DNA of 18,440 bases from Octopus sinensis (Eukaryota). The DNA lies in contig NW_021824462.1 of assembly GCF_006345805.1 (NCBI RefSeq), positions 1 to 18,440 on the forward strand, given 5' to 3'. The translations under genes were made by a program, and so were the position numbers. Under the pieces are notes generated by a model. That model saw only the letters and a list, made by a program, of their open reading frames with translations, was not told the DNA's origin and made no database searches. Shown in pieces: positions 1 to 10,397 of this stretch (positions are counted from its first letter, which is position 1; every line of letters begins with the position of its first letter).

Positions 1-70
1 ATATATGTGTATGTACGTATTTGCTTTTGTATATGTGCCCCTCAAGTACATGAGGGTCTCTGTGTGTTTG

Positions 71-178
71 AGTGTACTCAATTGGTTTGTATTTTATCGA
101 TTTTAGTAGGAGGAAAGGCAAAGTCGATCAAAATCGGAATTGAATTCAGAATAAAAGGGATGTTACAAAATGCGCTAA
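71..178 (-). mobile_element. Degenerate family A SINE fragment
   Basis: ttttatcga...gaaaggcaaagtcga...ggaattgaattcagaa matches the reverse complement of the core and B-box region of the intact copy at 2198-2424, with many mismatches. Confidence 0.55.
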
Positions 179-240
179 TGAACGCTGTTCGTCATTTTGA
201 TAAAGCGCGGTCATCCTTTAATATATAAAGATAAACATAA

Positions 241-438
241 GGTGGTAATCTGACAGTATCGTCAGCATGTTTGACAAAGTGCCGAGGAGAATTTCGCCCG
301 TCTTTACGATCTGGGTTCAAATGTTGCCGGGGTCGACTTTGCCTTTCATCCTTTCGGGGTCGATAAAATAAGCACCAGTTGATCTCTGGGATGGATTTAA
401 TCGATTTAACCCCGCCTCCTAAATTGCTGGCTTTGTGA
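241..438 (+). mobile_element. Family A tRNA-derived SINE, tail type 1
   Basis: Degenerate head (ctgacagtatcgtcagca), B-box-like gggttcaaat, core ggtcgactttgcctttcatcctttcggggtcgataaaataag, tail ttaatcga..cccc..aaattgctggc. Confidence 0.8.
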
Positions 439-647
439 AGAGTTTATGCACTGCAAGAGGTTGAACGTGATATAAATTCTTTTACGGAACCGTGGATCTG
501 GAAGCAGATAAAGCTCTAATCTAATATTTTTAGCCCAATATTTACTAGTTATAGCTCTATCTGCTTCGATATACACCGTTCCCCAAAACAACTTTATATA
601 TAAATATATAAATATACATACATACAGATATACATGCAAAGATAGAT

Positions 648-777
648 ACAACGGGCTTCTTTCAGTTTCCACTCAGGACGCTAGAGTAGGCCCTAGTCTA
701 TAACAGAAGACAGTTGCCCAAGGTACTACGCAGTAGGACTGAACCTGAAATCCCATGGTCGGATTGGAAAACCAGCT
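648..777 (-). mobile_element. Family C SINE, 5' half only, degenerate
   Basis: cgggcttctttcagtttcc...agaagacagttgcccaaggtactacgcagtaggactgaacc aligns with 3751-3870; TA/CATA tract lies immediately to the left, at the position of the family's internal microsatellite. Confidence 0.75.
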
Positions 778-1013
778 TCTCTCTCTCTTTCTCTCCATAT
801 TTCTCCTTTACTCTCTGTATCCTATATCCCAAATCCAGCATGGTTGCCTTTAATCTCTTCCAATTAAACAAATCTCGCTAACATCTTTGTCCGTTCCTTT
901 CCGTCTCTGTCCGTCTTTCTCCGTCTCTCTCTGTTTCCCCCTGTCTCTCTCGCCAACTCTCTGTCTCTCCCTTCCCTCTCCCTTTCTCTATCCCCTTCTC
1001 TGTCTCCCTCTTC

Positions 1014-1050
<37 letters not shown>

Positions 1051-1312
1051 CAACTCATTCTCTTGTTCCCTCATTCTCTTTCTCACCGCTTTTCTCTTTC
1101 ACTCTCCTTCTCTTAAAATCTATCTCTGTGTCGCTCTCTTGCACTTTCTATTTCCATCTGCCTCTCTGTTTCTCTGCCTCTCTCTCTCTCTTCCCCTGTC
1201 TACTTCTCTCTCCCACACTCTCTCTCTCCTTTTCCCCTTTCTCTCTCTCTATGTCCATTCCACTTTCACTATCTACCTTTTTTCTTCTTTTTCCTCCTCT
1301 CCCTCTGACCCT
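778..1312. repeat. CT-rich low-complexity polypyrimidine tract including (CT)n
   Basis: About 535 bp of almost purine-free + strand; pure (CT)n near 1015-1045. Confidence 0.95.
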
Positions 1313-2110
1313 TATTAACTGATAATTACCACCATCTGAATATGATATCCATAAGAAATACGCAGCGTCAACTGATGAATAAGCCTGAGAGTTTTCTGTT
1401 CAGGGCTGATGCTAATTATGTACACAAAGTAAATAGAGCGTGGATGACACCATCTATAATTTACATCTACACCTAATGGCCGACCTCTATACACATGCGT
1501 AGTACCAACGGCAGCCAGCAGACATTGTCTATTCACTTCCCTGCTCTATCTACATAGTTACTTACTTAAACTGCTTCGACGTCCGTCTGTAAAATTTAAA
1601 CTACCTAATACGTTTCTTTATATATAGTTGAAACATTCCTGTCACAACCAGGGACCTTGAAGACTGCTTAAATGCAAGAAAGTATACTAGTCTCTTAATA
1701 TTTGATATTCAATATTTCATCTATTCAATAAGACAATCAATACTTCATTTCATTTTAATATATATATATTATTTATACCATATATTCTATATTCTACATT
1801 AATATTATAAAGAATATAAATAAAACATAAAAAGTTGGAATTCCTTTGAATTATATATATATATCCCCAGGCTTTTCCCCCACTTTTTTAGGAGGGTGTA
1901 GCCAAACAAGACACGCGCCAGGCATTTCATTCATTTCCCAGCTCAAAGAGGCGATCCCCGTCCTATGCTCAGGTCCAAGCATAGAACACAACCTCCGGTA
2001 TCAGCAGCGGGTATGCTGGTTTAACCTCGGCGCAACATGCTGGTTCCGCACTCCTTTGAGCAACATCAATTCACTCTATTCCCCTAATATATAGAGACTA
2101 GAATAATAAT

Positions 2111-2195
2111 GTTTTCTATTATAAACACAAGGTCTGAAATTTTTGCGCTGATTGATCGAGGTCGACGATGACATCGACCCCAGTGCTTCACTGGT
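2111..2195 (-). mobile_element. Older family A SINE, 3' part (tail type 1), interrupted by the copy at 2198
   Basis: acacaaggtctgaaatttt...catcgaccccagtgcttcactggta matches the minus-strand tail seen at 12940-13010 and 14063-14125. Confidence 0.7.
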
Positions 2196-2197
2196 AA

Positions 2198-2424
2198 GGC
2201 GGCGAGCTGGCAGAAACGTTAGCACGCCGGGCGAAATGCTTAGCGATATTTCGTCTGCCGCTACGTTCTGAGTTCAAATTCTGCCGAGGTAGACTTTGCC
2301 TTTCATCCTTTCGGGGTCGATAAATTAGGTACCAGTTCGACTTAATCGACTTAATCCGTTTGTCTGTCCTTGTTTGTCTTCTCTGTGTTAAGCCACTTGT
2401 GGGTAGTAAAGAAATAGAAATAGG
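2198..2424 (+). mobile_element. Family A tRNA-derived SINE, near full length, tail type 2
   Basis: Head ggcggcgagctggcagaaacgttagc (A-box-like), B-box-like gagttcaaattc at 2270-2281, core gcctttcatcctttcggggtcgataaa, tail ccgtttgtctgtccttgtttg...gggtagtaaagaaata. Confidence 0.92.
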
Positions 2425-2427
2425 TAT

Positions 2428-2505
2428 AAATTTGTACTCAAACTGTAAAGCCGGAAGAAATACTGATAAGAACTTTATCCGGCATGCTAACGATTCTGCC
2501 AGTTC
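2428..2505 (-). mobile_element. Older family A SINE, 5' head (continuation of 2111-2195)
   Basis: aatttgtactcaaactgtaaagccggaagaaatac...ccggcatgctaacgattctgccagttc is the reverse complement of a degenerate family A head. Confidence 0.7.
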
Positions 2506-2804
2506 AGTGAGCAGAGAAGTAGGATATCTGTTGTTACGTAGTAGAAAAATGAATGAAATAACATAAGGCGATTTCTATATTGTCCCTCGACTCGTTGGAA
2601 AAAACTACTAAAACATCATCAAATCTTATTATACCGCTGGATTCTCTTCGTTCATTCATTCATCGGGTCACATGTCTCCTCAACCAGAGAAACTTCTCAC
2701 TCGACTCCGCCCAGTGCTATCAATTAGGTGCAGGCTTTTGTGTAGAAGGTTTACCTTCTTTATCACGCAAGGCCTGTAGGAGAGCGCAGGTATGTTTTAG
2801 TGAT

Positions 2805-2980
2805 AGGTGTAAACGTGGTTTGTGGTTAAAAAAAAACAAAAGCTTGCTTCCGAACAACGTTGTTCAGAGTTCGGTCCCACTGCGTGGCATCTTGGGCAAG
2901 TGTCTTCTACTATAGTTTCGGGCCAACCAAAAACCTTGTGAGTGGATTCAGTTGACAGAAACTGAAAGAAGTCCATCGTA
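2805..2980 (+). mobile_element. Family C SINE, 5' half, ending in its internal microsatellite
   Basis: gttcggtcccactgcgtggcatcttgggcaagtgtcttctactatag...gaaactgaaagaagtccatcgta matches 10451-10540. Confidence 0.88.
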
Positions 2981-3070
2981 TATATATATATATAATATAT
3001 ATATATATTATATATATATATGTGTGTGGTGTGTGTGTGTGTGTGTGTGAGTGGTTGTGGTGGTGTGTGC

Positions 3071-3104
<34 letters not shown>

Positions 3105-3241
3105 ATGTATATATATACATGCATATATATATATATATATACATACATTTATATATATGTATATATATACACACACACGCACACACAGTGATACCTGCAT
3201 GCATACATACATACACACATACATACATACATACATACATA
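2981..3241. repeat. Compound microsatellite (TA)n/(TG)n/(TATG)n/(CATA)n
   Basis: Direct reading. Confidence 0.95.
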
Positions 3242-3491
3242 TTCGGCTTTTACTCGGGTGGACCCTCAGAGCCATTCGATATTTAAAAAGATCCTATTAT
3301 ATATGTACTATATTTGACTATAGAAATATTATCTCTATAAAATATGATATCGTCTTAATCGAAATGGGAAAAAAAATACCACGTTGACACCCGTGGGGTG
3401 TGATACTACTACCTTGTAAAATTTGATTTGATTTGGTGGAACTGTTTGAGAATGCATAGGAAACAGACAGACAGACAAAGAATTTAATATA

Positions 3492-3693
3492 CTCTTACTC
3501 TCTTTTACTCTTTTACTTGTTTCAGTCATTTGACTGCGGCCATGCTGGAGCACCGCCTTTAGTCGAGCAACTCGACCCCGGGACTTATTCTTTTTGTAAG
3601 CCCAGTACTATTTCTATCGGTCTCTTTTTGCCGAACCGCTAACTTACGGGGACGTAAACACACCAGCATCGGTTGTCAAGCAATGCTAGGGGA

Positions 3694-3748
<55 letters not shown>

Positions 3749-3913
3749 TACGACAGGCTTCTTTCAGTTTCCGTCTATCAAACCCACTCACAAGGCATTG
3801 GTCGGCCCAGAGCTATAGCAGAAGACACCTGCCCAAGATGCCACACAGTGGGACTGAACCCGGAACCATGTGGTTGGTTAGCAAGTTACTTACCACACAG
3901 CCACTCCTGCGCC
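3492..3913 (-). mobile_element. Family C SINE, full length, with internal (CA)/(TA)n at ~3693-3750
   Basis: On the minus strand it starts ggcgcaggagtggctgtgtggtaag (A-box-like) with B-box-like gggttcagtccc, and ends actgaaacaagtaaaagagtaaaagag; collinear with 10398-10829. Confidence 0.93.
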
Positions 3914-4077
3914 TATATATAGATTATATAATTAAATATTGTTAGGAAATGTATTAATAAGTTGTTAATATATTTTGTGTCTTATAGAGGTTTGGTGTAT
4001 TATAACCAGTTTACTGCAGATAAATTTTACAAGGAAATCTTATATGGATCCCCAGGCCATATGGATTCCCAAGGAGT

Positions 4078-4291
<214 letters not shown>

Positions 4292-4518
4292 TATAGTGTA
4301 CTCGTTAGGAACGTGGCCCAGAATACAGTTTGAAGCTTAACCGGTAGCATTATTATATATTCTCAAGTCAACGTTTGGGCATTCGTGATGTGTGAATATA
4401 ACTTTATATGGTTGAAAGGGGGAGTACGGTAGATAGAAAATGACAGAGGGATGACTTGTGTTATGTATGTGCAGGCGCAAGAAATACTAAACAATGGGTT
4501 ATGCCACACAACTACGAA

Positions 4519-4519
<1 letters not shown>

Positions 4520-4567
<48 letters not shown>

Positions 4568-4645
4568 TGATGATAATAATAATAATAATATAATAATTGA
4601 AAAATAATAATAATAATAATACTAAAATAATGATAATAATCATAA

Positions 4646-4711
<66 letters not shown>
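4520..4711. repeat. (AAT)n microsatellite upstream of family B copy 1
   Basis: Direct reading. Confidence 0.95.
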
Positions 4712-4712
<1 letters not shown>

Positions 4713-5170
4713 GATGGGCTACAGCAAATATTCTGCCTCAATACACACAGATTTGCTTGTCAGTTGTTTGACCTTAACCAGTTGAGCATGTCCCTTCGTG
4801 GCTGACAATATGTGCATCTCTGATCACGAGCAGAAGTAGTGGGGGAGCATCATAGCCATGTGTTGAGAGGGATTCTTTGGGTTTTTGAATAGTTCACCTC
4901 TGGAAACATGGGTGGTTCTTTCAACATCCTTAAAAACCCTTATTCAGGGACCGTTTGAGCGGGATGGGCTACTCAATCTGAAGAAAATTCTAACTGGGCC
5001 CCACCTGCAAGGTCATGTGCTGTTATCTTGATATGAGATCACCATGTCGCGCACATATGGTTGTGATGCATGTGCCTGGTGTACCTTTATCAGACGGGTA
5101 GTCATGATGGGTATATTGGCTTCGATTTTTACCCCAGTGTCACTTGATGGCATGAACTGCTCTCTCACTC
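4712..5170 (+). mobile_element. Family B interspersed element, 5'-truncated copy, followed by (AAT)n
   Basis: Collinear and highly similar to ~15605-16063 and to the reverse complement of 7955-~8415; ends ctgctctctcactc followed by (aat)n. Orientation is inferred from the truncated end. Confidence 0.9.
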
Positions 5171-5243
5171 AATAATAATAATAATATAATAATAATAATA
5201 ATACTAATAATTTAATAATAATAATAATAATAATAAAAATAAC
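5171..5243. repeat. (AAT)n tail or target tract of family B copy 1
   Basis: Direct reading. Confidence 0.9.
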
Positions 5244-5603
5244 AACAAGACCACTCAGAGAGCGAAAACTCCTCCAAGGCAACACCAACGTCCTCTCAAC
5301 GATAGCCAGACAGGATTTTTTAAATGAGAATATCTGAAATAAACTCGATTGCTCTAACGAGCGAGAATGCTAAAACTGAACCCGATTGCTCCCCAAAAAT
5401 TAAGTAATAAAACTGGGCAAAATAATCCAGAATCCTTATCCGGTACCGGATCAATCCCAAGATCTAATCAGTTCCTGTCAGTACGAGGCCAAACATCCCT
5501 GATAGTTTTATCCAACGGCTCTCGAGATATTTGTCCACGGACAAACAAGCAAAGAAACAAACGCAGCTGAAAAACAATATCTCCGCCTTCGCTAAGGCGG
5601 CGG

Positions 5604-5606
<3 letters not shown>
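5244..5606 (-). mobile_element. DINE-1/HINE-like non-autonomous Helentron-type element
   Basis: Minus-strand 5' end ttattaccgccgccttagcgaaggcgg has a 7-bp hairpin (+ strand ccgcctt 5583-5589 / aaggcgg 5594-5600). A GTTT/GTCC-type microsatellite follows. A degenerate subterminal inverted copy lies at ~5268-5280, then a small 3' stem-loop (cgctc tct gagtg) and a CTTGTT terminus. Inserted in TT-rich (TTA)n. This matches the known DINE-1/HINE layout. Confidence 0.72.
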
Positions 5607-5646
<40 letters not shown>

Positions 5647-5902
5647 AATGATAATAATAATAATAATGATGATGATGATGATGATGATGATGATATAAGA
5701 AACAACACAGCAACAATAATAATGATAATAATAATAATAATATAATAATAATAATAATAATATAATAATAATAATGATAATAATAATAATAATAATAATA
5801 ATAATATAATTAATAATAATAATGATAATAATAATAATAAAATAGTAATAATAATAAATAGTAATAATAATAATAAAAATAATAATGATAATAATGATAA
5901 TA

Positions 5903-5950
<48 letters not shown>

Positions 5951-5954
5951 AATA

Positions 5955-5986
<32 letters not shown>

Positions 5987-6011
5987 TAATAATAATAATA
6001 ATAATGATAAT
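5607..6011. repeat. (AAT)n/(GAT)n microsatellite
   Basis: Direct reading. Confidence 0.95.
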
Positions 6012-6946
6012 GTAGGCTGTCTCCACGTATCAAGTTGGACGTGTTATCCAAAAGGAGACAAGCGGATGATAATTAAGAGCGCTTTAAATTCTTCTGATAG
6101 TTAACAAAATGGTTTTATACAGGAATGCTACAAGAATGCTATTCTTGTAAATATTTGGCGTCTGTCAAGAATACAAAGAAACATGTCCGACCATAAAAAT
6201 AGACTTTTCAGAAAATATACAACGTTGTCTTCTGTATTCGCTTTATTAATTTCATCGTCTTCATATCTAATTGTCGAATTGGTACAGATTTCTTCTAAAT
6301 GAAATCTCATGTTCTGTGATGTTTGCTATAAGCATACATACCAACACACACACAGATGCATATACACAAATACACTTGCATAATGCACGTACATATACAT
6401 ATAAACCACGCAAGCAGACAACTATTTCTGATCAAACTTCAATCATATATTATCATTGTGTTTTTGTACATAATTCTTCATTCTAACGAGGTGTATATTG
6501 ATACCCAACACGCCCTGATACACTTGGACGTGAATATATTTCTCGGTGTTAGATTTCGTCCTCGGAAAACAACGTCTCCTTTTAGACGATATGTCTTGAC
6601 AACTTGACAATACACATCATCAAAAGTGACGAAGCGGACACTGCAACACCAGCGTTTCGGCACTGTTATGCCACCTTTATATCTGTGCTTGTATTTGTGC
6701 ATGTGTGAGTGTATTTTTCTTTGTAAATATTTGTATGTGCGCCCGTATGTATATGTACGAAAATACATATATACATACACACCACTGCCGAACATCTTCA
6801 CTACCAAGAAAACCCCACTAGGTAGAACTATTTCTAATGATCCCAAGACTTTTCAATATCCACGATATTGTATATATCAACAATATTGTTTGGGTAAGTC
6901 ATAACACTAGAAACTTGCATTCGCAGTCAACACCCATTTTTTCTCC

Positions 6947-6977
6947 TACTCTTTTACTCTTTTACTTGTTTCAGTCA
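6947..6977 (-). mobile_element. Family C SINE 3' terminal stub
   Basis: tactcttttactcttttacttgtttcagtca is essentially identical to the family C 3' end at ~3500-3528. Confidence 0.75.
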
Positions 6978-7158
6978 GAAAGCCGGGGAAAATGTTTAGC
7001 GGCATTTCGTGTGTCTTTACGTTCTGAGTTCAAATTCCGCCGAAGTTGACTTTCCTTTTCCCCATATTCGAGGACGATAAAATAAGTACCAGTTAAGCAC
7101 ATAGATCGATGTAATCGACTTGCTCCTTTCCTCGAGATTATTGGCCTTGCGACAACAC
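6978..7158 (+). mobile_element. Family A SINE, 5'-clipped, tail type 1
   Basis: ttagcggcatttcgtg...gttctgagttcaaattccgccgaagttgacttt...gataaaataagtaccagtt...gatgtaatcgac. Confidence 0.82.
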
Positions 7159-7184
7159 TTGAAATCATTATATTGAAATGAGAA

Positions 7185-7375
7185 GGCGGCGTGCTGGAAA
7201 AAGCATTACTCCGTCGGAAAAACGAATTAAGGTATTTGATCCAGGCTTTCATATTCTGACTTAAAATCCCGCCGGGGTCAACTTCGCCTTTCCTCTTTTA
7301 GGCTCCAGAAAATAAAGCAACAGTCAAGTACTACAATAGACAATTTTCGCCCCCTTCAAAATTCCTGGCGTTGAG
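7185..7375 (+). mobile_element. Highly degenerate family A SINE
   Basis: ggcggcgtgctgg head, cccgccggggtcaacttcgcctttc core remnant, cccccttcaaaattcctggc tail remnant. Confidence 0.6.
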
Positions 7376-7451
7376 TGTGTATCAGAATCTGTTACATTGG
7401 AACGAGAGGCACCAGACATCTTCATCGATGGATACATGACTAAATTAAGTA

Positions 7452-7492
7452 TATATATTAATTAATTGATTAATTAATTAATTAATTAATTA
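7452..7492. repeat. (TTAA)n tandem tract
   Basis: tattaattaattgattaattaattaattaattaattag. Confidence 0.8.
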
Positions 7493-7954
7493 GAATTGTG
7501 TAAATAATATTTTCCTTTAAAAATATCTGTGCCATTATTCACTTAATAGTTAACAGTGTCGCATAATAATTAAATTAATTTATGTATAGTAAGTTATTTT
7601 TGTAAACACTTGTCTGTGTGTTCGCTTTAATGAAGTTAGGTAACTGTGTCTAATTTGGCAATTATATACTGCGATACGAATTAAGGTTAGCTTATTTAAT
7701 AAGGATTGAAATAAGTATAAATATAGTATTACTTATATAGCGCTGTAACTTAACATAATATTTATACTATTTGAATCAAGAAAAATGCAATGCATAAATT
7801 AGCATATATTATACTTAGATATATTTGTATTTCTGAAAATTTGTCGCATTTATAGCGACACAAGTAGAACAACTGACCACGCATAAAATCAAGTTACATC
7901 ACTCTAAATTTAGTTTGTGGAGTACCCGAGCAGATTATTATTATTATTATTATT

Positions 7955-8508
7955 GAGTGAGAGAGCAGTTCATGCCATCAAAGTGACACTGGGGTAAAAT
8001 ATACGAAGCCCAATATACCCATCATGACTACCCGTCTGATAAAGGTACACCAGGCACATGCATCACAACCATATGTGCGCGACATGGTGATCTCATATCA
8101 AGATAAACAGCACATGACCTTGCAGGTGGGGCCCAGTTAGAATTTTCTTCAGGTTGAGTAGCCCATCCGCTCAAACGGTCCCTGAATAAGGGTTGCTTAA
8201 GGATGTTGAAAGAACCACCCATGTTTCCAGAGGTGAACTATTCAAACCCCAAAGAATCCCTCTCAACACATGGCTATGATGCTCCCCCACTACTTCTGCT
8301 CGTGATCAGAGATGCACATATCGTCAGCCACTAAGGGACATGCTCAACTGGTTAAGGTCAAACAACTGACAAGCAAATCTGTGGTATTGAGCAGAATATT
8401 GCTGTAGCCATCTTTTATACCAAGACAAAACAATGTACATGATAACACTTCCAATCAGTTAAGATCAGAAGCCATGAGAGCCACTGCCTGGTACTGCATC
8501 AGGGCATT
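7955..8508 (-). mobile_element. Family B interspersed element, full-length copy
   Basis: Reverse complement of 15508-16063 with the same termini (aatgccctga... and ...ctctctcactc); (TTA)n on both flanks (7934-7954 and 8509 onward). Confidence 0.93.
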
Positions 8509-8545
8509 TATTATTATTATATTATCATTATTATTATTATTACTA

Positions 8546-8630
<85 letters not shown>

Positions 8631-8635
8631 CATCA

Positions 8636-8671
<36 letters not shown>

Positions 8672-8805
8672 TATTATTATATTATATTATTATTATATTA
8701 TTACTATCATTATATTATTATTATTATTATTAGTATATTATTATTATTATTATTATTTTATTATTATTATTATTATATTATTATCATCATCATTATTATT
8801 ATTAT

Positions 8806-8892
<87 letters not shown>

Positions 8893-8982
8893 TTTATTAT
8901 ATTATTATCATCATCATTATTATTATTATTATATTATTATTATTATTATTATTATTATCATCATTATTATTAATTATTATTA

Positions 8983-9031
<49 letters not shown>

Positions 9032-9036
9032 CATTA

Positions 9037-9094
<58 letters not shown>

Positions 9095-9113
9095 CATTAT
9101 TATTATTATTATA

Positions 9114-9150
<37 letters not shown>

Positions 9151-9158
9151 CATTATTA

Positions 9159-9220
<62 letters not shown>

Positions 9221-9298
9221 TATTATTATTATTATATTATTATTATTCTATTATTATTATTATATTATATTATTATTATTATTATTATTATTATCATT

Positions 9299-9333
<35 letters not shown>

Positions 9334-9501
9334 TTTTATTATATTATTATTATTATTATCATTATTATTATTATCATTATTTTATTATTATTATTATTAT
9401 TTTATTATCATTATTATTATTTATTATATTATTATTATTATTATTATATTATCATTATATTATATATTATTATTATTATTATCATTATTATATTATTATT
9501 A

Positions 9502-9532
<31 letters not shown>

Positions 9533-9568
9533 CATTATTTTATTATTATTATTATTATATCATTATTA

Positions 9569-9599
<31 letters not shown>

Positions 9600-9719
9600 T
9601 ATTATATTATTATTATTATTATTATTATTATATTATTATTATATTATTATTATATTATCATTATTATTATTATTATTATTATCATTATTATATTATTATT
9701 ATTATTATCAATATCATTA

Positions 9720-9753
<34 letters not shown>

Positions 9754-9767
9754 ATATTATTATATTA

Positions 9768-9807
<40 letters not shown>

Positions 9808-9812
9808 CATTA

Positions 9813-9858
<46 letters not shown>

Positions 9859-9883
9859 GTTATTATTATTATTAACATTATTA
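8509..9883. repeat. Very long interrupted (TTA)n microsatellite, about 1.37 kb
   Basis: Direct reading; TTA with TCA variants and frequent single-base slips. Confidence 0.97.
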
Positions 9884-10221
9884 TATACATATTGCTTTAT
9901 TTATTTCGCAATGCATTCTAAGAATCCATTCAGAACCTTTGAGAAATATTAACGTTAACAGCCCTGAAATGTGCTAAAACTGTATTTGTCGACGCACTAC
10001 GCATAAATATTGGAGATTAGAATTCTAGGAAATTTAAATCGAATATTAATACACAGTGACTTACGGCTTTATTGTCCTCGGTGTATATAGTTTAAGGTAA
10101 ATATCATTTTTTCATACTTATATCCAGCTGATGTCTAACCCACTCATTCTTCTGGTATCTTTATGAATGCAATCGCTTTCAGGAAATGACAACTGTTTGT
10201 CTTAATATAATTTATCGATAT

Positions 10222-10236
10222 TTAATATATATATAT

Positions 10237-10311
<75 letters not shown>

Positions 10312-10312
10312 T

Positions 10313-10377
<65 letters not shown>

Positions 10378-10397
10378 GAGCGAGAGATAGACAGATA
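10222..10397. repeat. (TA)n followed by (GATA)n
   Basis: Direct reading. Confidence 0.95.

Noticed and set aside
1372-1420. CTGATGA hammerhead core motif
   Set aside because: No stem II followed by GAAA and no stem III/NUH in register
2198-2290. Possible tRNA gene (A/B-box-like motifs; likewise the family C heads)
   Set aside because: No complete cloverleaf or acceptor stem; the motifs are heads of multi-copy SINEs
2580-2915. 111-aa ORF with a good donor (CAG|GTATGT at 2789/2790)
   Set aside because: Non-ATG start, 3' third runs into a family C SINE, and no recognisable protein
3988-4075. Acceptor followed by the protein-like stretch GLVYYNQFTADKFYKEILYGSPGHMDSQG
   Set aside because: No credible donor before the (TA)n tract and no recognised homology
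8474-9952. 492-aa ORF and the other I/L/Y-, N/D- or YI-rich ORFs in the ORF track
   Set aside because: They are translations of (TTA)n, (AAT)n, (TA)n, (GATA)n or CT tracts and SINE bodies, with no domain-like sequence
10238-10397. (GATA)n arrays (also 16888-17080) as sex-linked or insulator elements
   Set aside because: Common simple repeats; nothing in the sequence supports a function
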